64,000 nucleotides of DNA from Monocercomonoides exilis PA203 (Eukaryota > Protista > Preaxostyla): contig LSRY02000032.1 of the NCBI GenBank assembly GCA_001643675.2, forward strand, positions 558,001 to 622,000, written 5' to 3'. This document shows, piece by piece, positions 1 to 10,478 of the stretch; the first letter of the stretch is position 1; every line of letters begins with the position of its first letter. The notes under the pieces are model-generated. The model searched no databases. It saw only the letters and a program-made list of their open reading frames with translations, and was not told the DNA's origin. The position numbers were made by a program, and so were the translations under genes.

Positions 1-280
1 TTCATTTTTCATATTTCACTGATTTATTTTTCATTATTTTTCATTATGTTATTTTTGACATTGCATTTGCAGTGTTTATTTGTTACTGTTAGATTTTTGT
101 AATAAGTTTTACAAATCTTTATTTCAACTTCAAAGGCTTTTTATAATTTAGAATATAAATTCTAGCTTATTTTTCAAAAAAAAATTTTTTTATTTAAAAA
201 ATTGTTAAATATTCAACTTCTCGTTAAAAAAAAGAGATTTCAGAATTAAACCATTATAATATATATGATAATTATTGAAG

Positions 281-1052
281 ATGACTACCGCAGCTAGAAG
301 ACGTCTTATGAAGGATTTTAAACGCACTCAGGTGGACTCACCAGATGGAATACGGGCAGTACCATTGGACACAAACATATTGATATGGAAGGCAGTAATT
401 TTTGGGTTTTATTATTTTTGCATTTTCCTACATATTCTCAATCTTTTTCTTAAACTTTTGCAATTTTTTAAAACACAAACAGACCAGATAATACTCCATG
501 GGAGGGAGGTGTTTTCAAACTAATCATGCAATATAGTGAAGAATATCCAAATAAACCTCCAGTTGTCAAATTCCTAACAAAGATATTCCATCCTAATGGT
601 AAACATTTAATTAGCATTATATATTAATTTTATTTTAACTTCTTGAAAATTTAAAAAAATTTCTTTCTTTCAATTAATTTTTTTTCAAAATTTAATAAAC
701 ATTTCGCTTCAATAAAGTATATGCTGATGGTTCAATTTGCCTTGACATATTACAAAAGGAATGGAGTTCCATTTATGATAGCATTGCTATACTAACATCA
801 ATACAGGTTAATTTCTTTTTGAAGTAATTAATATGTATTTTCACTCTTCTTTTATGTTTTAGTCACTTCTCACTGACCCAAATCCTGCCTCTCCAGCAAA
901 TGCAGAAGCAGCTAAATTATTCACAGACAATCCTCGAGAATACGAGAGACGAGTAAGAGAGATTGTTGAAGAATCATGTTTGAATTTCTCATTCAAAGAC
1001 AATAAACTTTGATTCATTCACTTATTTAATTGATTTAGGGATTGCAACTTGA
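281..1052 (+). CDS. UBC2: Ubiquitin-conjugating enzyme E2, Rad6/UBC2 type (5 exons)
   Basis: Spliced translation [15 protein letters not shown]...AVIFG|[13 protein letters not shown]...KIFHPN|[17 protein letters not shown]...|[20 protein letters not shown]...VEES|WIAT*. Has the HPN motif and catalytic Cys. GT-AG introns at about 406-482, 599-717, 807-862 and 978-1038. Confidence 0.95.
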
Positions 1053-1173
1053 GTTAATGTTAATGATTTTTTAAATAAATTTATAAAACCATTTCATTTA
1101 ATTAAAAAATATTTTTCATTTCAAAGAAATAAATAATAAATAAATGGGCCATTGTTTGATCGACAATAAAATA

Positions 1174-2473
1174 ATGAGCGACCATGCCCCAGGAGAAGCG
1201 AAAATGCATATGCAACAAATGTATTTGGAGCAAAAAAGATTAAGCTTGTCGAAAGCGAGCGCTGATGTATGTTCTTTTTAAATGCATGAAGATATTAGCA
1301 TTTTATATTATTTCTTTTTCAGTATGACCCAGAATTGAGGTGAACAAAAAATAGCATCCATTTTGAATTCTATTTATTATTTTTTATTCAGAACAGCGAA
1401 AATAGATTCTGTAAAACATGTTAGTTCTCGATTCTCTATTCCAAAAGAACGTCGAATGCCTGATCCAAAAATACTTTGTGATAGAGTTTGAAATTGATTC
1501 ATTCTATCGTCTTTTAAACATGCGAGCTGATTTATAAAATTTATAGATATATTCCCCACAATATTCATCAGTAGAACGTCATGTTCCAGGCTTATCATTA
1601 GCAAAACAACTTGCACCTGCTCCTCCACCAAAACCTTCAATTTGCGATACGTCATATAATCCTAGCATGTCTTATGTAAAGCCAAGGTATTTTTGTAATT
1701 TTCTAACATTTTCGCTTTTTGGAAATTTTTTGTTTTAACAAGATCTCCTGCTGTTTCTTTGAAAAATCGGACTGGACGCCAACCAACGAGTCAAAAAAGA
1801 GAAGATCCAGTATGTCATGTTGATGTTATTTTTATTTTACAAAACGTTTTTCCTTTCATTGTATACAAATTCAAAAACTACCATTTGTTAAGAGTTATAC
1901 TCCTTCTTACACCCAGGTACTTCCGGGTCCAACACATTCTCCAATAATAGCAAAACAAGCAGGAAGAGATCGAGCTGTGATGCCAACTCCTGCTTATGTT
2001 TGATCTTTTCATTTTTCATTTTCTTTTCTATTTTATTGGTCGTTATGATATGAACTGAAATTAAATTGTGTTGAACTTGTTTCTCAAAAATTTTATTACA
2101 ATTATTTTATTCATATTTTATTTTCTTTTTAACTTAAATTAAGGCAACATTTTATGATTCAAAGCCGGTTGTTCCAAAACATTCAGTCTCGTCATTTTCA
2201 GGCATTTCAAATCCACGCTCAAACGATGTTGGCGATCTTTCGCGCGAGTTAGATTTCCTTATACAACACACAGAAGTATGCATGAAGAGTAAAAGAAAGA
2301 GAAAAAAAATTAAAAAAAAAATAAACATTAAAGAATTCGAAGAGTTTTTTTCCAAAATGAATATTATTTTATTCAATTTAATTCACAATTATTTCTTATA
2401 ATTCAATTCACAGAAATCTTGGCGTCATGTCGATGATACTCTTTCTGAATTTACTGAAGCTGTCCGCAAATGA
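1174..2473 (+). CDS. Multi-exon protein with YxP repeats, SHIPPO/ODF3-like (putative flagellar/microtubule-associated)
   Basis: Manual splicing gives an open frame: MSDHAPGEAK...YDPELR...IYSPQYSSVERHVPGLSLAKQ...SYNPSMSYVKPRSPAVSLKNRTGR...SYTPSYTQVLPGPTHSPIIAKQAGR...FYDSKPVVPK...EFTEAVRK*. An alternative in-frame ATG lies at 1144. Family call rests on repeat resemblance only. Confidence 0.6.
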
Positions 2474-2479
2474 TGTTGT

Positions 2480-3125
2480 TGCAGGAATCAATCATTTCAC
2501 ATTTCCTTTCGTTGTCATTGTCTCAAATTTGGCATTGAAAGATTTTTATAATGTAAAAAACTTTAAAATTGTCTTATTTTTATTTCTAGTATCATTTCAA
2601 TTATTAAGTTTCTTTCCTTTTTTGAAACCTATGTTCCAAAGTTGTTTTATTATACAGTTATGTTAGAGTTATTAAGAATTTAATTTTTGGATTGAGAAGT
2701 TTTTCTCGATAATATTTACAATCTGCTTCTCACATTGTTTGAATTCGCTTCTAAATATTCATAGTCTTTTCCATTTTGTTGTTGACTTGTTTTTTATTTT
2801 TGAAAATTGCTTAAGAAAATTATTCAGATCTAAAAAAAAAGAATTAAGAATGTTCGTAATAACTTTGGAAATAGAAAATCGAAGAATTGAAAAAAATTAG
2901 ATGAAATGAAACACACCAACCAAGAAATTACAACAACGACTCTTTTGTTCGATTAACCCAATAAAGTCCCAATATTGAAGTGAACAGAGCATCAACAAGG
3001 CTATCCATTAACGAAATATCTTTGTTTGTTTTGAATAAAACAGTTGAAGCAAGCTTTGTTGTGCCAACATGCTCAGCGTTCAAGCAAAACGATTGACATG
3101 TTAGTAAAAATAAAAACAACTTCAT
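2480..3125 (-). CDS. Possible spliced hypothetical protein with signal peptide
   Basis: ORF begins MKLFLFLLTCQSFC (signal-like). Further coding-like segments (LNNFLKQFSKIKNK, SEFKQCEKQIVNIIEKNFSIQK) can be joined through GT-AG introns. The 3' end is uncertain. Confidence 0.35.
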
Positions 3126-3244
3126 AAAAATTAAAAAAATAATGCATTTTGAAAAGAAAATGCAAGAAATAAAAGTTTCTTAATGTAATTTGAAACATAT
3201 TCAAAATAAACGATCTTCTAATTTGTTCTTAACTTTCGTGACAT

Positions 3245-5209
3245 TTACACTTCGCTGCTGTCTTTCTTCAGCACGTTCATTGGATTGTAATTCACCCCCA
3301 TCACTTTATACCTTTCAACCAGATAAAACGACAATCTATCCAAAAACGATTTGTACTCCTTTTTCTCGCGAGGCGTCCACAAAGCCTCGCACAACGCCGC
3401 CAGACGCGGAAACGTGTTGAAGTCTCTATTTTCCTGTTGCGGCAGATGCTCCGTCCACAAGTTTGCCTGCCCTCCAAGCACACGTTTTCCCAGTGCTTCT
3501 CTATCTTCGTCATTGAGATGCGAAAGATATTCTGCATTCGCTTCATCAATTGGATTGTTGGTCCGCGCTCCTTTGTTTGGAAAAGTGAGCTGATATGGAT
3601 CGAAACTGTACACATGCTCCAAGCCATTGTTTGGCAAGCGATTGTGGGAATTGTGCGCAGAAGAAGGAAATCTGCTTCTCATCCGCTTTGGAAGGCGAGT
3701 AAGAGGAGCAAACGGAGATGATGATTCAGCTGAAGAAGATAAAGACGATGCCTGCTCAAGTGAATCATCCTCGTCTTCTGGATATAAGGACGTGTATGGC
3801 TGTATATCTGCTTCCTCATTGTTGGTGCCATCATCTCCATTCCCATTTCGCAATGCATTGTCGTTTGCCTCACCGTAGTCAAAGTAGCAGTGGGACATTG
3901 GTGCAATCACCACGTCGTGCTTTTGCTTTACCATCTCCAGCGCTGTTGATGTGCTCTGCCAGATCATCACTTGCGTGGTAGGGTCCATATACCCTGCATA
4001 TGCTATCTCGTCCCATCCGATCAGACGCCGGCCACGCTTCTTTGCATGATCAGCCATTCTCCGCATGAAATACCCGTGGAGATGTCCCACAGATGTCAGC
4101 TTGTTCTTTTCCATCTGCTTTTTGCAGTTCTCACACCTTCCCCACTCACCAGACGGACACTCATCACCACCAACATGGATCACGTTCCCTGGAAACAGAT
4201 CCATAACTTCTGTCAGGACATCTTCAATAAACGTCATGACCTCATCTTTCGTGCAGAAGACAGGAGTAAAGATGCCCCAAGATGTGATCACTTTAACCTC
4301 ATTTCCAGAACAGGAGAGCCAAGGATAAGATGCAATTGCGGCAACTGCATGACCTGGTGTCTCGATTTCAGGCTGTACACGAATAAATCGCTTTTCAGCA
4401 TATTTTACGATTTCTGAGATTTGCTCTTGTGTGTAAAATCCGCCATATGGTTCGTTTCTTGATCCAGCTCTAACATAACCTTGCTCTTGATCATTTTCTG
4501 AGTTAGCATGCAATGTAGAGTCGCGATCTCCATCCCTCCATGCTCCAATCTCTGTAAGTTTGGGATATTTTTTGATTTCTATCCTCCATCCTTGATCATC
4601 AGTGAGATGGAAATGGAAAACACTCAATTTGTGATATGCAATAAGATCAATGAAGCGTTTAACTTGATCAACAGTAGAAAAATGACGACTAACATCAAGC
4701 ATAAGTCCTCTATAAGGAAAACGAGGATAATCATGAATTTCAGCGCATTGCAAAGGCACAACATGATGAAAAGTCAATGAGTTTCCATTCTTATCTTCAA
4801 TGAATGCTGGAAGCATCTGTCGAATGGACGTGAAGGCATGATACATTCCATGAGCAGTTTTACCTTTGATGACGATTCTTGAAGGTTCAATTAACAGGCT
4901 GTAGCCTTCTTCTTGATCGATTGATTTATCATATGATAATAAAATCTGTGAATTTTCAAGAGAAGGTTCTTTTCCTTCGTATTCCTTCACATCAAAAACA
5001 TATCCAACAGATGTTTTGAATAACTCATTAAAGGCATCAGAAACATAATGAGCTTGAATATCTCCCTTCGGAACAAAAATTTTCACTTTTTCATGGAAAA
5101 GAAATACTCCGGGTTTTACTTTTGAAAAAACTGGCAATGGCACAATTTTTAACGTTGCTTCTTCGCAAAAAGCTTCCAGAGACAAATAAATAAAGAAAGA
5201 TAAAAACAT
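3245..5209 (-). CDS. Beta-N-acetylhexosaminidase, glycoside hydrolase family 20 (secreted, intronless)
   Basis: GH20 motifs RGLMLDVSRHF, HFHLTDDQGWR, PEIETPGH, catalytic IHVGGDE, YFDY, GGQANLWTE and FPRLAAL. N-terminal GH20b domain. Likely start MFLSFFIYLSLEAFC at 5209. Confidence 0.95.
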   Translation of the reverse strand: MFLSFFIYLSLEAFCEEATLKIVPLPVFSKVKPGVFLFHEKVKIFVPKGDIQAHYVSDAFNELFKTSVGYVFDVKEYEGKEPSLENSQILLSYDKSIDQEEGYSLLIEPSRIVIKGKTAHGMYHAFTSIRQMLPAFIEDKNGNSLTFHHVVPLQCAEIHDYPRFPYRGLMLDVSRHFSTVDQVKRFIDLIAYHKLSVFHFHLTDDQGWRIEIKKYPKLTEIGAWRDGDRDSTLHANSENDQEQGYVRAGSRNEPYGGFYTQEQISEIVKYAEKRFIRVQPEIETPGHAVAAIASYPWLSCSGNEVKVITSWGIFTPVFCTKDEVMTFIEDVLTEVMDLFPGNVIHVGGDECPSGEWGRCENCKKQMEKNKLTSVGHLHGYFMRRMADHAKKRGRRLIGWDEIAYAGYMDPTTQVMIWQSTSTALEMVKQKHDVVIAPMSHCYFDYGEANDNALRNGNGDDGTNNEEADIQPYTSLYPEDEDDSLEQASSLSSSAESSSPFAPLTRLPKRMRSRFPSSAHNSHNRLPNNGLEHVYSFDPYQLTFPNKGARTNNPIDEANAEYLSHLNDEDREALGKRVLGGQANLWTEHLPQQENRDFNTFPRLAALCEALWTPREKKEYKSFLDRLSFYLVERYKVMGVNYNPMNVLKKDSSEV

Positions 5210-5267
5210 GATAATAATATACACACAAAAATGGCTAAGATCGAACGAGAAATTATTAAACAGGTGA

Positions 5268-5839
5268 ATGGCTTGCACCCTATCTGCTGTTTGCTTTTGC
5301 TTTTAAAAGTTAAAGACATCATTTATATTTTATTAACCATCTTTGCAATCAGGAAGTCGATACGTATGTGATTGTTCACACACGCGATAATAAAGTTATT
5401 CTTGGTTGGATGAGGACATTTGATGCATTCACCAATGTTGTTCTTGAAGGAGGTATTTTAAATAGTATATTGTTCAATGATGTTTTTGTATATTTCTCAT
5501 AGCTGTGGAACGTATCATGGTCGACGATAAATATGCTGATATTGAACTTGGAACATTAATTCTAAGAGGAGAGACGATTTCTACGCTTTGTCAAATGCCT
5601 CTGACAGACCCAATAGCAAAAAAGTGCAAAAAAGTTGAATTAGTCGATATTATTGAACAGTACACAGTTTGAATAAAAAAAAAAAATACAATTATTTCAT
5701 AAAATAATGAAATTCACAAAACTTTCATTTTCAGGAAGAACAAGAGAAGATTAAAAAGGCAGAAATCGCACTACGTGATCATCTCGCAGAACGAGGTCTT
5801 CTTTTTGAAGGGCAGTTCGACGAGTCTTGGGCTGTTTAA
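5268..5839 (+). CDS. LSM1: Sm-like protein LSm1 (4 exons)
   Basis: Spliced MACTLSA|EVDTYVIVHTRDNKVILGWMRTFDAFTNVVLEG|AVERIMVDDKYADIELGTLILRGETISTLCQ...|EEQEKIKK...ERGLLFEGQFDESWAV*. Has Sm1 (FD..N) and Sm2 (RGE) motifs plus the LSm1-type C-terminal helix. An alternative ATG lies at 5231. Missed by the ORF track. Confidence 0.85.
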
Positions 5840-5990
5840 CTCAATTCAATTATTCTTTCATCAACATTTCGCATATACTCGTGCAAAGCACTTCTCCATT
5901 TCACCCAATTCATTTCTGAAAAACTTTGTGTGTGTTGCTATTTTCAGTAATTCAACCATTTTTCTTTAAGAAAAACTCAACAAGCTACTT

Positions 5991-7881
5991 TCATTTGGCA
6001 TGTTTTTTATCCAATTGCTTTTTTGTTGAAGGAAGAACAATTTTTGTACTGGAAAGAAGTTTATAATCATGAGATATTGCACATTGGAAAAACGATCCGT
6101 CGGAGAATGCAATAAGAAGGTTGTAATTTTCTGGTGTTGGTGAAGCAGACCATCCAAGTGTCGATTGCAAAAGGAGACTTGCTCCTAAAAGTGAGCTGAC
6201 CTTAATTTTTATAACTGATAATTTAAATGGTGGAGGAGGTGTTGAAGATGGAGTGGTTGAGGAAGAAGCATGACTTGATGTAACAAATGAAGGAGCAAAT
6301 TTTGATATTTGTTCCTTTGCGAAATCTGGAATATTTTGAATGAAAGATAAATGTGTTTGCATTCCTTTTAATGAGTCATCTAATGCAAAGATATGAATCG
6401 TATCTGTAGACCCAGAGCAAGCAAGAAGATTGTTGTCAATTGAGAATGAAAGAGCTATTCAACAATAAAAAAAAAAAAAAAAATAAAATAAAATTAAATT
6501 AAAATAAAATTGGATAGAAAGAAAGAAAAATAATTAGTTGAATAAAATTGTAAAACTGAATAAAAAAAGTCTGAAACAACAAACAATAAATAGAAGATAT
6601 CCTTCCTGTTTCTGATCTTTGAAAGTTGTACAAGTGTCTTCTGTGCTTCACATCCCATACGCGAATAACAGTTCCCTATTAATTAAACATTTGCATGAAA
6701 AATTAAAAAAAAACAACAAATAAAAAATAAATAAAATAAATAAATAAAATCAAAATATAAAAAGAAACAGTTTGAAATACACAAAAATGGAAAAAACTGT
6801 GCAATAAAAATTTAGCATTACAAACCCGAACAGATGCGGTTGCTAATAGAGAGGCATCTCCACTAAACGAAACGCAAGCTATTGGATGATCAGCAGCGGA
6901 AAATATCCACTGAGATTCAGCAATAGCCGATAATAAAGGTGGAGAATCAGCCGAAAGATAGTATTCTGGAATTGTTGATTGATCATGCAAATATGAAAAA
7001 TCGGTTGCGATTGACACTTCGGGATTCGAAGATGATTTGGAACTAGATTGAACGTCAATCGAGTCACTGCCGATGTCAGATTGAAGAGATGGCCAATGAG
7101 TCTCTGAGCAGCGAGAAGACAAGGCAGACACTTGAATGTGCTTTGACTCATCGCTAACTTGAGAAGCAACAGAAGCGTACAATTCCAATATTTTCTTGTT
7201 CAAGCACAACATCATCATTACTCCATTAACATTTTGCAGAGGAAATGCAAGACAACTTTTCAAGTCATTTGAGCTCTCTGCAGCGTCAAAATTATTAATT
7301 GAAAGTGAAACAGTTTTATTTGAAAAACAGGGGAGTTCTAAATTTTTCAATAAAAAATTGATATTGATACTAAATACAGCAAACTTATACGAAAATTAAT
7401 CACTGGCTGAAGATTTTTTAAGTTCAATAATTTTAAATGGTCGGGGAAAATTAATAAAATACTTGGATAATAATTTGAGTAATTAGCTCAAAAGCAATAA
7501 CGTTCACACAATTCTGCATTCACCTTGATTCCAATAATATTATATGGAACCTGTTGTTCCACAAGAACTTCATTTGTTTCAATGCTGCAAACTTTTAAAT
7601 AATAAGGCTCAAGAGGCTTTTTTTGTGAAACATAAACGAATAACAAAGTTTTGGCAACACTTTCCCCAAAAATAATCCTTTCTGAGCATGATGGTTTTGC
7701 TTATAATGAAAACAACAACTTTGTAATCAAAAAATTACATTTAACAATTCAGACTTGGTGCGCTTTGAATCAGCGAATTTGAATCCAACAATTTAAATCC
7801 ATTATCTGAACAAATTGAAATTCTTTTCCCAGTTACTTCAAACTTCAGATAATTAAAGCCCAGTGAAGAATTTATTTCCAT
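5991..7881 (-). CDS. ATG18: PROPPIN WD40 protein, ATG18/WIPI family (multi-exon, divergent)
   Basis: HPIACVSFSGDASLLATASVR|GTVIRVWD...YNFQRS...IY|SLSFSIDNNLLACSGSTDTIHIF matches PROPPIN blades 5-6. N-terminus MEINSSLGFNYLKFEVTGKRISICSDNGFKL resembles blade 1. Confidence 0.8.
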
Positions 7882-8077
7882 CAAAAATATCACATGAAAA
7901 AAACGCCCATAAAAAAATACACAAATGTTACAACTTATGAAGTATATCAAAAATAATAGGTGATGTCTATCGATTGCATAATGAGTGAGATGCTATAAAA
8001 ATAAACAAAGCAACAACCCTCAGTAAAAACAGAACAATAATCGAATGATTTCATTATAAAACTCTAAAAAGGCAAAT

Positions 8078-8602
8078 CTAAGAAGAAAATGCCTTGCTTC
8101 CTTCTGCTTTGATTTCAGTAACCTTTGAAGTATATCCTCCTTTGTTGCTTCCGCTGTCATAATCTGCACCAGAGGCCTTTTTCACTTTATCCATCAGATC
8201 AGCTTCATCAAGTTCGGATGGATGCGAAGCCTGGACTTGGATATGTGAGTATCCGAATAAGGTGTTAATTGAAGAGACATGAGTTCCCATTTTTCCTTTC
8301 TTCACAAGAGACACAGATTCCCCTGAGAAGCTAATGAAAATAAATTTCGGTCGGCGAGATTCAGCATCACCACTGATCACACGAATATAAGCATAGCCCA
8401 TGAACGTTGGAGTCATGAGAGGAAGAACACCAGCAATTCCTTCTGTTCCTTTGGCTACCAATTGGATGCAATTTGATTTTCCATCTTCATATCCAAGAAC
8501 AATAAAGTTTGTTTCCGTTGCATCATTCTTGATATCAGCAATAACTTCGCGAATTTCTTCTTCGTTTTTCACTTGAATAGCTCCAACGGTTGTGTAAGAC
8601 AT
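8078..8602 (-). CDS. Coactosin-like ADF-H actin-binding protein
   Basis: ADIKNDATETNFIVLGY...GTEGI...YAYIRVISGDAESRRPKFIFISFSGESVSLVKK...KVKKASGADYD is a typical coactosin pattern. Confidence 0.9.
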   Translation of the reverse strand: MSYTTVGAIQVKNEEEIREVIADIKNDATETNFIVLGYEDGKSNCIQLVAKGTEGIAGVLPLMTPTFMGYAYIRVISGDAESRRPKFIFISFSGESVSLVKKGKMGTHVSSINTLFGYSHIQVQASHPSELDEADLMDKVKKASGADYDSGSNKGGYTSKVTEIKAEGSKAFSS

Positions 8603-8927
8603 AACTTTTTATGCTTGATGACAGGGATTAAGGCCCTAATGATCTAACCCCTACTTTCATTTTTAAAAAATGTTCATAAAATTTAATGCTATTTTTTTTT
8701 CTCCGCAAAATAATAATGATTATGAGTAATAACTCCTAAAAAAAGAATAAAAAAAATCTATCCGCGATTAAAACAACAAGAGAATTGTTAAAAAAGAAAT
8801 AAAGACGTACATCTAATTATTGAAAAAAATGAAAAATCGAAGATTGCAAAATAAAGAATGCAAATTATAGGTATATAAATAATCCAAACAAATATAAACA
8901 GAATGAAACAATTATAATTATAAGACA

Positions 8928-9932
8928 TTACACAGTTTCACTGTAAAATTCTTGAACATTATTAACAGTCTGCTGCTGTTCAATTTGCTGTTCAATTTGC
9001 TGTTCAATTTGCGGTTCATTCTGCGGTTCTACTTGCTGCACAACCTGTTGTTCAATACCAAATGTTCCATTATAAGGAGTAGATTCATTAAAGGAGTAAT
9101 TTTGTTGTGCTTCTGATGTTGTTTCATTGTTCAATGATGCTGGTGTATATTCAGGATGATTACTCTGCATTTGAGGTGCATATCCTTGAACAATTCCGCT
9201 TCCCACCGAGTTTCCAACTCCAGTTAGACTAAAATTAGCAATGTTTTGCTGAGGAACATATCCATAAGGAGGTTGCTGCACATAAGCTTGAGGTTGTAAT
9301 GAATTTATCTTTGCAACATCCGTTTGCTTTGAATCATAGTATTTAAAGAAGAAAGCTTGTTTCGGTCCGGGGCTTGGTCCAAATATTTGCTGTTCATGCA
9401 ATATAGAATCTCTAAAACAATAAGCTAAAAGAGAAGCAATGACTTTAAAAAAAAGGTGAAAATTTGGATTTTCGATTAGATTCTTTCTTAAAAATGTACA
9501 AACCCTTTGAGATGCAAAGGGCAATTGTTCCAATAACATAATAAAGACTATATGGAACGTCGGCAAAGTCATATACTATAAAACTACAATTAGTCAAATT
9601 CGTCTTTGAAAAGAACCACACATATTATTATCAAATGCATGACTTGGATGAAAAATGAAAACATTCCAATTACAACGAACAAAAGAAGAAGATTAGGATC
9701 CACCAAATTTGTTGCTATTAATCCTAAAACGGCAACAGCTGCGTCAACCCAACTAAGCATGAAGAATTTATTTATCATTCCAGCAATCTTTTTTTTAAAA
9801 ATAAAACAAAATACTTCATAAAATCGTTCAATTTCTAACTAGTCATACCAACATAAAAATAAGAGAACATAAAAGAATGATTGGAACAACTTTGGATGGT
9901 GTGGGACTATGCTGAGCTTGTTGTTGATACAT
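8928..9932 (-). CDS. Hypothetical multi-pass membrane protein with Gln/Pro/Tyr-rich C-tail (multi-exon)
   Basis: Start MYQQQAQHSPTPSKVVPIILLCSLIFML, about four hydrophobic segments across exons, and a tail with QQPPYGY and (EQQI)x3. Confidence 0.65.
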
Positions 9933-10478
9933 TAATATTATTAAAGGGTTCAAAATTGTCTATAAATTGAATTGTGCTCGTTGTGTGTGCTGTTTTCAGA
10001 TAGAACAAAAAATCCAATAGTTAGAATCCTCATTCAAAACTGAGATTATTTAAAAAATTTCCATTTTTTGATCTTCTTTCTAAATGATATGAACGTCACT
10101 TTGCAATTTCCAAATAAATGAAGATAAGTGCATAATTTATTTTTGAACTTTACAATTTCTATTTGAAAAGCAAAAGTTTTTGCGAAACTTTGAGTTGATT
10201 ATAAAATTTTCAGAATGGAAAAATAAAGATATTCAGGTGAAAAAAATGATAAAAAAAAATAAGATTTGTTAAAGAATCAAGTGTTGCTCGATGAACAATA
10301 GCATTAATGCAACACAAAATCAAGGCTACATGGATGTTAACAAAATATAATAAAACTGAACGTAAAGATATTTAAAATTAAAAAAATATAAGTAAAAAGT
10401 CAATAATTCAACTTTATTGTATTCACAATTTCGAATCATCATATTATTAATAGTGAAACTCATAGTGATGAACCAGCA

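Noticed and set aside
406-1038. Non-canonical introns (GTTTG/GTTTT donors)
   Set aside because: All junctions read were GT-AG; relaxed +3 to +6 positions recur throughout the window.
8616-8645. ATGA...AA...TGAT hairpin resembling a SECIS or C/D box
   Set aside because: The stem is too short and there is no upstream sense selenoprotein gene. Better explained as coactosin promoter sequence.
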